This document shows, one piece after another, positions 1 through 7,741 of a stretch of DNA of 54,202 bases; positions within the stretch are counted from its first letter, which is position 1, and the number at the start of each line of letters is the position of its first letter. Under the pieces are notes generated by a model. It was not told where the DNA came from. It worked only from the letters and a program-made list of their open reading frames with translations, and ran no database searches. Origin of the DNA: Clostridia bacterium. GTDB taxonomy: Bacteria; Bacillota; Clostridia; Oscillospirales; CAG-272. The stretch spans positions 1-54,202 of the forward strand of contig JAFQNZ010000211.1 of NCBI GenBank assembly GCA_017395715.1, read 5' to 3'. The position numbers and the translations under genes were made by a program.

Positions 1-141
1 CTTTATGGAAAGCAGAGAGCTTCATCAGGCAGAGGTTTGGGAAATGATGACCGTCCACATCAATCAAGCCGATGCGCCGATTCATTACGACCTCCATTTC
101 ATTCAGCCGCAAAGGTAATCGACTACCTCATCGTACCGCTC
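1..141. repeat. Terminal overlap, identical to 54062-54202 (circular closure, probably an assembly overlap)
   Basis: Both ends compared base by base (ctttatggaaagcagagagc...catcgtaccgctc) with no mismatch. Confidence 0.95.
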
Positions 142-999
142 GCAAATGGACTGAATGTTTGCCTTGTCCCTCTCCTCACGGGCTTCGATCTCCACGAACA
201 ACTCCTCATCCACGAGGGCTGTCACTTCGTTTTGAATGAGTTCCGTGATGACCTTGGGTTCAAGGGCATCGAGCTCCCAACATTCATGACCATACTTGCG
301 AATGTACTCGCTGGAACGAGCGTCCGAGAGCTTTGTGGGATTCGGAGGAGGATTGAATTTCTCGATCTGCTCCATAGTCAGGGCTACACGTTTCACTTCC
401 ACATCAGCACCGAACATATCAAGCCGCTCCTGAATGTCGCGGGTCATGTCGATACCAGACGGGTCATGATCTCCCAAATGGATGATCGTTCGGGAACAGC
501 TTCCCGTTTTCTGAATGAAACGCTGTGCCGCAACCCACATTTCAGACTGAGAAGTGTACCCTCGGCAGGAGAAATGAGGTACATCCAGCTTCCTACATAC
601 CTGACTCACGATACCAATGAGAGCGTCTTTTTCCACCCAAACCTCAACGTAGTTGGGCTGATTGCTCCATCGGTCGAGCATATAGGAATATCGTGCGGAT
701 TCAATGACAGACTCAGGGGTCTTCCAATGGCTGTTGCTACGAAGGTTGCGAGTGCGATCTACAATCGCATACCAATCAATCAGGCCAGCCAAACGCCCAT
801 CATTGATGAGATTGCCGAGGTTCTTGTAGCTTCGTTCATTGTTCGGAATGAACCCTCGCGCAACCAACTGATAGTAGACCTGTCTCAGAGTAAGCTCATA
901 TCCCTGCGCTTGGTATTCGTCAATAATCGCATTGACAAACCCAATCAGTTCAAGGCTTTTCTCCTGAAAACGAATGTCTTTGTATTTGCGAAAAGGCAT
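103..999 (-). CDS. Topoisomerase VI subunit A / Spo11-like protein (5Y-CAP plus Toprim, stand-alone Mini-A-like)
   Basis: Start moved from 1083 to the ATG at 999, which is preceded by AAAGGAGCG. Motifs: LTLRQVYYQLV (R-x-x-Y-Y catalytic-Tyr context), VWVEKDA (Toprim Glu), HLGDHDPSG (DxD). Confidence 0.6.
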   Translation of the reverse strand: MPFRKYKDIRFQEKSLELIGFVNAIIDEYQAQGYELTLRQVYYQLVARGFIPNNERSYKNLGNLINDGRLAGLIDWYAIVDRTRNLRSNSHWKTPESVIESARYSYMLDRWSNQPNYVEVWVEKDALIGIVSQVCRKLDVPHFSCRGYTSQSEMWVAAQRFIQKTGSCSRTIIHLGDHDPSGIDMTRDIQERLDMFGADVEVKRVALTMEQIEKFNPPPNPTKLSDARSSEYIRKYGHECWELDALEPKVITELIQNEVTALVDEELFVEIEAREERDKANIQSICERYDEVVDYLCG

Positions 1000-1013
1000 T
1001 GAACGCTCCTTTC

Positions 1014-1826
1014 TTAGCATTCGAGCAACGCATCCAACCACGAGGAACGATTTTCCACCAATCGGTTTCGAGCGTACTCGCATTGTGCCGCGCTGATCTC
1101 AGAACCGATACAGTCAAAGCCCATCTTCATGCAAGCTACGGCGGTTGTACCCGAACCCATGAAGGGGTCGTATACCACAGAACCCGGCTTCGCATAGATC
1201 GAAAGGAGCTTTTCACACAGTTCAGAGGAGTAGGTAGCCTTGTTGAGCGGACAAGACCCATCGTTGTTCCGAGCTTCGATGAGGTTGAAGATGTTCTCGT
1301 AAGCGGCCTGTCCTGTCTTGCGATAGGACTTGACCTGCTTATTGCACGAGAAGGTCTTCATTTCCGATCTCCGGCAGAACACGAAGACGAACTCCCAAAT
1401 GCGCGTCAGGCGGTTGGATGAACAGGAATTTGGTAATGCGGTCTGCTTCTTCCACACGATCACATCGGCGATGGTGAAAGGGGTTTCGGTAATCACGGCG
1501 TTGACGGCCTTGAACATCCCTTCGGTGTTTTCTGCACCGTAGTTGATGTTGTAGAGTACACAGCCATTGGGAGAGAGCACTTTGTCAAAGGAGAGGAACA
1601 ATCGCTTGGTGAAATCAGAATACTCGTCATCGGTCATATCATCCACGAAGGAATCGTAGCGAACGTAATCATACTGCCCGTCTGCGACCTTGGTGTTTTT
1701 GAGCGTTCGAGTCTTTCCTGCTTTCTTGTTGGTGTTGTAGAAGGGAGAAGTCAGCACCACATCCACGGAATGCGGATTCATCCGCTCCATGGTGACGAAG
1801 CAATTCTCGTTGTGAATCTGCACCAT
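1014..1826 (-). CDS. DNA methyltransferase (amino-MTase, N6A/N4C, beta-class motif order)
   Basis: TSPFY (motif IV-like) lies N-terminal and DPFMGSGTT (motif I, SAM binding) C-terminal. No cognate endonuclease is adjacent. Confidence 0.8.
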   Translation of the reverse strand: MVQIHNENCFVTMERMNPHSVDVVLTSPFYNTNKKAGKTRTLKNTKVADGQYDYVRYDSFVDDMTDDEYSDFTKRLFLSFDKVLSPNGCVLYNINYGAENTEGMFKAVNAVITETPFTIADVIVWKKQTALPNSCSSNRLTRIWEFVFVFCRRSEMKTFSCNKQVKSYRKTGQAAYENIFNLIEARNNDGSCPLNKATYSSELCEKLLSIYAKPGSVVYDPFMGSGTTAVACMKMGFDCIGSEISAAQCEYARNRLVENRSSWLDALLEC

Positions 1827-1942
1827 CAGGCTTCACCCTTCGCTTCCTGCACCTGCAAATAGGTAGCGAGCACCACAAAAGCAATCACCAATACAATGAG
1901 GGGAATGATGAGGAAGATCGTTATGAGAACCTTAGCCAACAT
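1826..1942 (-). CDS. Small hydrophobic membrane peptide (38 aa, below the ORF-track cutoff)
   Basis: ATG at 1942 is preceded by GGAGGG. Translation is MLAKVLITIFLIIPLIVLVIAFVVLATYLQVQEAKGEA. Its TGA overlaps the methyltransferase ATG (TGATG). Confidence 0.45.
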   Translation of the reverse strand: MLAKVLITIFLIIPLIVLVIAFVVLATYLQVQEAKGEA

Positions 1943-2426
1943 CGTTCTTACCCTCCGTTTCTGCATCCCTCTGAGCAATCAGGGGTGCGTGGTACTTTTC
2001 CTCTGCTCTCTGTCGAGCATCCACGGCGACATCCAATTTGGCGTACCTGCCGAGAAATACTCGTTTGTTGTGTACGTTGATGTAGGCAATCCACATCTTG
2101 CGGTCAGCGTCCCAACTGATACCCTTATGACCGCTCGTGTTGTTCTTCGGCGGGGTCTGCGTTCCGATCACCTGAAAATTCGTGTGATACTGCATATTGG
2201 TCTCCACCTGCTTCGCCATGTTCTGCGGAATGGTTTTCGAGCCAATGGTGCGAACCCGTTCCCGATGAATGCAACCGCAGGAGCGTGTGGGCTGAAAAGC
2301 CTTGGTGAGACTCGTTGCCCGAATCTCCTTGCGCTTTCCGCAGTCACACAGACAGATGACATAGCCCTTACGGGAAGCATTACCTTCCACCACGAGCCGA
2401 CCGAATCTTCTGTCTTTCAGGTTCAT
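1932..2426 (-). CDS. AP2-domain DNA-binding protein
   Basis: GISWDADRKMWIAYINVHNKRVFLGRYAKLDVAVDARQRAEEKY resembles an AP2/ERF-type domain. The start at 2426 overlaps the upstream stop (TGATG). Confidence 0.6.
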   Translation of the reverse strand: MNLKDRRFGRLVVEGNASRKGYVICLCDCGKRKEIRATSLTKAFQPTRSCGCIHRERVRTIGSKTIPQNMAKQVETNMQYHTNFQVIGTQTPPKNNTSGHKGISWDADRKMWIAYINVHNKRVFLGRYAKLDVAVDARQRAEEKYHAPLIAQRDAETEGKNDVG

Positions 2427-3829
2427 CAGGCATCCTCCTCGAAGTAACAACCGTTTTTGCGGTAGGTCGAACAGCGTTTCTTGTAGCTCTTGACAAGAAA
2501 GCCAATGTCATCTACGAAGTCATAAGCAATGGGCGGCTTCTTACCCTCATGAGTACGGGCGATTCTGCCGATGGACTGCGTAATGACTGCGTAGTCTTTT
2601 TGTGGAGTGGTCAGAAAAAGCCGTTCCAAACAGGGAATATCCAAACCCTCTTTGGCGAGGGAGTAGGTAGCGAACAGATACCGCTTGCGGCCTGTGCGCA
2701 TATCCTCGATAGCCTGTTCCCGCTCTGCTTTTCCCTTCTTGGTGGTCATCTTTCCGCTTATCATGACCGACATTTCCCGCATGGAGCGAGGAAGCGTATT
2801 CATGAGAGCTTCGAGGTGATTGAGCCTGTCGGAGAGAATCAGGCAGGGGTGGTCGGCTTCTGCGACAATCCACGAGCCGATGTAGTGGGTGCGTTCCTCG
2901 TTCTCGCACAAGTAGCTGATGAGCTTGGTGTAGTTGATCGTTCCGTCTGTATTCAGGCATTCACGACTCAGCTTCACGCCTGTACCAAGGGGCTTGATAC
3001 CCACCTGCATGATCTTGTCCTTGACCGCTTCATCAGGTACGGTGTGAACCACATGACCGAGAAGGGCGTAAGTGGCAGGAATCATGCCGTCTGCACGGTG
3101 AACTGTTGCGGATAGACCGTATTTATGCCTTGCGGATAGGCTGTTGAGCACCTTGAAGAACTGCGTCATGGCGGTGGGCGTTCCCGCTACACGGTGACAC
3201 TCATCCACGATGATTACATCCCACAGGTCTTTGTACTGAGCCAAATCCAATCGGCACATGGTCTGAATGGTGGCAAAGGTGATACCCTGACCGATATTCA
3301 CCTTACCTTCGGTGATCGTACCAATGAGCCGTTTGTCCATGTACCGCTCGGCTCGTGCTTTGCTCTGATTGAGCAGGTCTGCCGTATGGGTCAGCCACAG
3401 AGCACGTCTACCGTAGCGCATCACAAGGGCAATGCCCATTTGGGTTTTTCCGCTTCCTGCGGGGCTTTGGAGTATGCCGTAGCGACATTCCTTCACCACG
3501 TTCACCGCATCGTCCTGATAGGAGTAGAGCGGTACTTCACCGCCATAGGCGATCTCAACGGGTTCAGGGAACTCGCTCGTACAAGGATGACCCCATAGGA
3601 AGTGCTGAACGTCTCGGAGAATGCCGAAAGGGAGAATCAGCGCATTTCCTCGGCGTTCGTAGAGGGAAAGGGTCTTGGGAGTGTTGCCCACCCAGAAGTG
3701 CATCCGCACCTTCTTGGCGTATTCGGGGTTGGGAATGACGAGGTGTTCTTCACACCAATCGTTCAAGGCTTGGGAAGGATTTTCGACCGTGATGGTCGCA
3801 CCGATGCTCACTCGCATAGCTTCACCCAT
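2426..3829 (-). CDS. Superfamily-2 DEAD/DEAH-box helicase
   Basis: Walker A SPAGSGKT and Walker B DECH, with C-terminal helicase motifs (TTPQKDYAVITQSIGRIAR). The start could also be 3817. Confidence 0.8.
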   Translation of the reverse strand: MGEAMRVSIGATITVENPSQALNDWCEEHLVIPNPEYAKKVRMHFWVGNTPKTLSLYERRGNALILPFGILRDVQHFLWGHPCTSEFPEPVEIAYGGEVPLYSYQDDAVNVVKECRYGILQSPAGSGKTQMGIALVMRYGRRALWLTHTADLLNQSKARAERYMDKRLIGTITEGKVNIGQGITFATIQTMCRLDLAQYKDLWDVIIVDECHRVAGTPTAMTQFFKVLNSLSARHKYGLSATVHRADGMIPATYALLGHVVHTVPDEAVKDKIMQVGIKPLGTGVKLSRECLNTDGTINYTKLISYLCENEERTHYIGSWIVAEADHPCLILSDRLNHLEALMNTLPRSMREMSVMISGKMTTKKGKAEREQAIEDMRTGRKRYLFATYSLAKEGLDIPCLERLFLTTPQKDYAVITQSIGRIARTHEGKKPPIAYDFVDDIGFLVKSYKKRCSTYRKNGCYFEEDA

Positions 3830-4206
3830 TCGTCCAATGTCACATAGCGGCGAATGTTTTCGGCCTTAATGAAGGAAATGGTCTTCTGAGCGATGAGAAT
3901 GTCACGATGAGGAATCATGTGAATCGCACCGTCATTGAGCTTCATTGCAAACCATCCATCACCGTTGCCGCAATTCCCCCAAAGCTCCATTGAAAGGTCT
4001 TGGTTGTCTTCCATGCGACTCAGAGCGAAGCCCTTACCTGAACAAACCTTGCAGTCAATCAGGTAGGCCACTCGGTTTCTCACGGCGAGTACATCGGCGG
4101 GTTGTCCTGCGCTGTTCTGTGCCATGTTGTGCGCCCAGAATCCGTATTCGGAAAGGCGTTCGCACAACTCAGCTTCAAAGGCGTTTCCGAGCTTTCGATT
4201 ACTCAT
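3808..4206 (-). CDS. Holliday-junction resolvase-like PD-(D/E)xK nuclease (Hjc-like)
   Basis: GNAFEAELCERLSEYGF ... ADVLAV ... AYLIDCKV matches the Hjc-type G-x-x-x-E ... D ... E/D-x-K pattern. Confidence 0.6.
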   Translation of the reverse strand: MSNRKLGNAFEAELCERLSEYGFWAHNMAQNSAGQPADVLAVRNRVAYLIDCKVCSGKGFALSRMEDNQDLSMELWGNCGNGDGWFAMKLNDGAIHMIPHRDILIAQKTISFIKAENIRRYVTLDEWVKLCE

Positions 4207-4435
4207 ACTTGACCTCGTTCAGAATGTCGAGTACCCCTTCACCGATTATCCCTCGATTCGGCTGTGAGCCGATCACTCCCTTGGCTTCATCCACCAGATC
4301 GAGAATGGATTTGATGCGATCTTCGTAGAACTCAGCCGCATCGTCTCCCATGTACTCCCTCAGCAGGTCGATGAAGTGACGGTCTCTTGAAACTACCTCC
4401 CTTTTACCGTCTTTCAATCTCAGCATTGTTGCCAT
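4199..4435 (-). CDS. Hypothetical protein
   Basis: 78-aa ORF with GAGGA RBS, translationally coupled to the downstream gene. Confidence 0.6.
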   Translation of the reverse strand: MATMLRLKDGKREVVSRDRHFIDLLREYMGDDAAEFYEDRIKSILDLVDEAKGVIGSQPNRGIIGEGVLDILNEVKYE

Positions 4436-4450
4436 GGGCTTTTCCTCACA

Positions 4451-4468
4451 CAGCCCCTAACGGGGCTG
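4451..4468 (-). promoter_or_regulatory. DGR target-site hairpin downstream of VR1 (7-bp stem, 4-nt loop)
   Basis: cagcccc-taac-ggggctg lies 2 nt past the stop codon. No U-tract follows. It has a covarying twin at 12411-12428. Confidence 0.7.
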
Positions 4469-4470
4469 AT

Positions 4471-5067
4471 TCACAGATGAAAGATGCAAGCGGGCGCGAG
4501 ACCGTGGGCACCGTAGGCACTGAGGCTGTCCACAGTACCGTCAGAATAGACAAGGCGCACAGAGTGGGCGTTCCCAGAGTAAGGAGTGCCGCAATGCCAA
4601 GGCGTACACGTCCACATCCACTCATCAAACAGCGGAACGATCTTACGGTACTTGCGGTAGAGATCGCAGGAGAGAATGCCGATCTTGTCCACGCACTTAC
4701 CATAGGCCGTATCGCCGTTATCGGCGGTGAGATCGGATTCAAAGGGAAGCAGGTCGTTCTCATCCATCAGGGAAAGGAACTCGGTGTTGAGCTTCTTGCG
4801 AGCACGGGACTTCGCCCAGTTGTTACAACCGTTGGGGTCGAACGCTTCCTCAGCGATGGGCTTGGCAGTCATGCACAGGACACCGCCCTGTTCGAGACCA
4901 AGCCGAATGAACTCGATACCGTGATACATGAAGTGCTCGCCATCCTTGATCTTGGAGAAGTCAGGACGCTTGGCATTCTGAATGGCGGTCTTGATCTTAT
5001 CGAGGGTCTTGGACGCGCTATCTTCGGATTCATTGATGAGGTTTTCGATACTCTCAATCAGATTCAT
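4471..5067 (-). CDS. DGR target protein 1 (198 aa, variable C-type-lectin-like C-terminus)
   Basis: The C-terminus ...GTPYSGNAHSVRLVYSDGTVDSLSAYGAHGLAPACIFHL is encoded by VR1. The TR translation is TPNSGNANNVRLVNSDGTVNNNNANNANGLAP. Confidence 0.85.
   Translation of the reverse strand: MNLIESIENLINESEDSASKTLDKIKTAIQNAKRPDFSKIKDGEHFMYHGIEFIRLGLEQGGVLCMTAKPIAEEAFDPNGCNNWAKSRARKKLNTEFLSLMDENDLLPFESDLTADNGDTAYGKCVDKIGILSCDLYRKYRKIVPLFDEWMWTCTPWHCGTPYSGNAHSVRLVYSDGTVDSLSAYGAHGLAPACIFHL
4486..4589 (-). repeat. DGR variable repeat VR1 (remote target), including the IMH-like 3' end at 4486-4503
   Basis: 4492-4589 aligns with TR 11814-11911. In my hand alignment all 14 mismatches fall where the TR coding strand has A. 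Confidence 0.85.
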
Positions 5068-5070
5068 GAT

Positions 5071-5232
5071 TCATACTCCTTCCGGTGCTTTGTGACCATA
5101 CCGCTTCTGATACCATTCCTGAAAGGCTTTCTCATGAGCGGGGTCTTTGTAATACTCCAATATGGTATCGACCATACCGAGCAGGGGTCTTGCGAGGTCG
5201 GCTACCTGAGACGAACTAAGTGGATTACCCAT
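5071..5232 (-). CDS. Hypothetical protein (53 aa)
   Basis: Start moved to the ATG at 5232, preceded by AAGGAG. It overlaps the cro-like stop by 8 nt. Confidence 0.5.
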   Translation of the reverse strand: MGNPLSSSQVADLARPLLGMVDTILEYYKDPAHEKAFQEWYQKRYGHKAPEGV

Positions 5233-5434
5233 CTTTCTTCTCCTTCGCTTCAAGGTCGGAGAGAATCTGCTTGACCATTTCAAGCACCCTCGTAGCTTTC
5301 GGGTAGGTGTTCACACCACTCAAAATCTGAGACATTTCGGGCGGCTGAACTACGATACCTCGCTCTCGCAGTTCAAAGATGAGCCGCACCTGTGTCATAC
5401 CGAGGGCTTTCATTCTCTCTCGAATCTGGAACAT
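5225..5434 (-). CDS. Cro-like HTH regulator (first gene of the leftward early operon)
   Basis: 69 aa. MKALGMTQVRLIFELRERGI...SQILSG is HTH-like. It is divergent from the CI-like gene. Confidence 0.6.
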   Translation of the reverse strand: MFQIRERMKALGMTQVRLIFELRERGIVVQPPEMSQILSGVNTYPKATRVLEMVKQILSDLEAKEKKDG

Positions 5435-5490
5435 GAACTTTTGTCACCTCTTTTCCGGATTTTTGTTGGATTAAGAACTCCGTTACCATC

Positions 5491-5519
5491 TTGACAAACC
5501 CGGAAAATAGAGTTATTAT
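5491..5519 (+). promoter_or_regulatory. Candidate sigma70-type promoter directed toward the repressor and integrase
   Basis: TTGACA (5491-5496), 17-bp spacer, TATTAT (5514-5519). A CCGGAAAA half-site lies in the spacer. Confidence 0.45.
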
Positions 5520-5618
5520 TCTTATTGGTAGAACCACAACTCACCAACCGCTCGGAAGTGCCACCTTCTGAGGGGTCGCTTTCCTATTGTCAATCCGTAT
5601 TTCGGACTTCTTGTTCTT

Positions 5619-5647
5619 ATTGTAAGTCTAAAATCCGGATTTGTCAA
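5619..5647 (-). promoter_or_regulatory. Candidate sigma70-type early lytic promoter directed toward the cro-like gene
   Basis: Minus strand reads TTGACA (5647-5642), 17-bp spacer, TACAAT (5624-5619). The perfect palindrome AAATCCGGATTT (5631-5642) lies in the spacer. Confidence 0.45.
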
Positions 5648-5695
5648 TAGGAAAAGTGCGTTTTTCGGAATTAAATTTTGAGAGGAGTCTGAAAA

Positions 5696-6085
5696 ATGAA
5701 CTTTGCCGACAATTTGAAGCGAATCTGTACTGAACGAGGAACTTCCCCGACCGCCCTTTTGAAGTCGATGGGCGTAGCCACATCCAAAGTTGCGATGTGG
5801 AATAGCGGCTCTCTCCCCAAGCAGGAAATGCTCATCCGTCTCGCCAAGGAGCTTGATTGCTCTGTCATGGACTTCTTTGCTGATGACGCTGATCTCGCCG
5901 CACAGAATATCAATAAGACCAACGCTGATGCTGAACCCAAGAACGAGGATGAATCTGACATTCTCCGAATCTTCCGTTCTCTTTCAAGGAGAGCCAAGCA
6001 TGAGTTCATGTCTATGGCCTACGAATTTGAGACACGCGAAGAATTGACAGGGGATAACGCAAACGATCAATCGTCTGTTATCTAA
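5696..6085 (+). CDS. CI-like XRE-family HTH repressor
   Basis: N-terminal NFADNLKRICTERGTSPTALLKSMGVATSKVAMWNSG is an XRE-type HTH. The RBS is GAGAGGAG. Confidence 0.75.
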   Translation: MNFADNLKRICTERGTSPTALLKSMGVATSKVAMWNSGSLPKQEMLIRLAKELDCSVMDFFADDADLAAQNINKTNADAEPKNEDESDILRIFRSLSRRAKHEFMSMAYEFETREELTGDNANDQSSVI

Positions 6086-6172
6086 ATGGCAAAAGAAAAC
6101 GGTCATCCCCTACAAGGTCTTCAAGACCCTTCGTGAGTTGACCGCAAGAAAACAGGCATTGGAGCGTAAGCT

Positions 6173-7723
6173 ATGACGAAAGCTGTGATCTATGCTCGTT
6201 ATTCGAGCCACAATCAGAGAGAAGAATCCATCGAAGGCCAGATTCGAGAGTGTCAAGACTTCGCCGCTCGAAATGATATGACCATCGTTGGTGAATATAT
6301 TGATCGTGCGATTTCGGGTAAAACCGACAATCGTGCTGAATTTCAGCGCATGATACGAGACTCGGAACGTGGACACTTCCAAGTCGTGCTTGTCTATGCC
6401 ATTGACCGCTTCGCTCGCAATCGCTACGATTCAGCTATCTACAAGGCCAAGCTGAAAAAGAACGGAGTCAAGGTCTTCTACGCAAAACAGTATATCCCTG
6501 ACACACCCGAAGGTATCATCCTCGAATCCGTCATGGAGGGCTATGCTGAATACTACTCTCAAAACCTCGCCATCCACATCAAACGAGGAATGAAGGAAAA
6601 CGCCCTTCAATGCAAGGTTACAGGGGGAACAACCCCTCTCGGCTACCGTATTGGAGAGAACAAGACCTATGAGATCGACCCCGCAGGTGCGAAGATCATC
6701 CAAGAGATATTCCAAATGTACGCTGATGGTTCATCGGCTACCCAGATCGTCAACTACTGTAATGAACAGGGCTACCGCACCGCTCGTGGTGGTAAGTTCA
6801 ATAAGAACAGCCTGAGAACGATACTCCTCAATGATAAGTACATCGGCATTTACCGCTACGAAGATATTGAGGTCGAAGACGGAATCCCTGCGATCATTAC
6901 CAAGGAGCTTTTCGAGAAGGTACAGGCCATGTTCCACCACAACCATGCGGCAAGGGCAAAGACCAAGGCCAACGCAGACTACCTCCTCACAACCAAACTG
7001 TTCTGCGGACATTGCGGCTCGAACATGGTTGGTGAGAGCGGTACTGCTCGTAATGGTGATACTTATTACTACTATAAGTGTTCTAATCGTAAGAAGAATC
7101 ATTCCTGCACCAAGAAGACTGAGAAAAAGGATTGGATTGAGGAGATCGTAGTTCGTCATACTGTCTCCACCGTCCTTACAGATGAGAGCATTGAACTCAT
7201 CGCTACCAAAGCAATCGAACTCATGGAGAAGGAGTTTGCCGAAAATTCGGTCTTGACCGCTTTAGAGCAATCCTTGAAGGATGTAGAGAAGCGAATCAAG
7301 AATCTCCTTGATCTCATGGAACAAGGTATCGTCACACCAAGCACGAGAGAACGTCTCCTCGAATTGGAATCTCAGAAAAGTGACCTTGACCAACGAATTG
7401 CCCGTGAGAGCATGAAAAAACCGCCCTTGTCGAAAGAGCGGATTATCCATTGGCTCATGACGTTCAGGGGCGGTAATGTAAAAGATGTAGAATATAGGCG
7501 TAGAGTGATCGACACTCTCGTCAATTCCATCTATGTTTTCGATTCAGAAGACGGCGATGGAAGGAAAATCGTCTTCACATTCAATGTTTCTGGCCAGAAC
7601 ACTTCTACTATCCATGTTTCGGATATTGCGTGTTTCGCTCCACCATACGGTGCAAATCCGAACCACTTCTTCTTTGTGAAGAACGTCTTCGGGTTTGTGA
7701 AAGAAATAGAGGTCACGGCATGA
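6173..7723 (+). CDS. int: Large serine recombinase (phage integrase)
   Basis: Resolvase-type N-terminus AVIYARYSSHNQ...IEGQ and YAIDRFARN, followed by a recombinase domain and a Cys-rich zinc-ribbon region (CGHCG...YYYKCSNRKKNHSC). 516 aa. Confidence 0.9.
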   Translation: MTKAVIYARYSSHNQREESIEGQIRECQDFAARNDMTIVGEYIDRAISGKTDNRAEFQRMIRDSERGHFQVVLVYAIDRFARNRYDSAIYKAKLKKNGVKVFYAKQYIPDTPEGIILESVMEGYAEYYSQNLAIHIKRGMKENALQCKVTGGTTPLGYRIGENKTYEIDPAGAKIIQEIFQMYADGSSATQIVNYCNEQGYRTARGGKFNKNSLRTILLNDKYIGIYRYEDIEVEDGIPAIITKELFEKVQAMFHHNHAARAKTKANADYLLTTKLFCGHCGSNMVGESGTARNGDTYYYYKCSNRKKNHSCTKKTEKKDWIEEIVVRHTVSTVLTDESIELIATKAIELMEKEFAENSVLTALEQSLKDVEKRIKNLLDLMEQGIVTPSTRERLLELESQKSDLDQRIARESMKKPPLSKERIIHWLMTFRGGNVKDVEYRRRVIDTLVNSIYVFDSEDGDGRKIVFTFNVSGQNTSTIHVSDIACFAPPYGANPNHFFFVKNVFGFVKEIEVTA

Positions 7724-7740
7724 GCCGAGACCTCTTTCTT
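7701..7740. terminator. Bidirectional intrinsic terminator between convergent int and endolysin
   Basis: Stem gaggtcacggc / gccgagacctc (one mismatch) with loop atga. It is flanked by aagaaata on the left and tttctt on the right. Confidence 0.6.
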
Positions 7741-7741
7741 G

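Noticed and set aside
1-141. The 141-bp terminal repeat considered as a biological direct terminal repeat or cos end.
   Set aside because: Its length and exactness are typical of an assembler overlap on a circular molecule, and it cuts through coding sequence. The true termini cannot be inferred from it.
4451-4468. Hairpins after the two VR-bearing genes read as rho-independent terminators.
   Set aside because: No U-tract follows either hairpin on the coding strand, and the next gene starts within 15-35 nt with its own RBS. The conserved loop and compensatory stem change fit a DGR target-site structure better.
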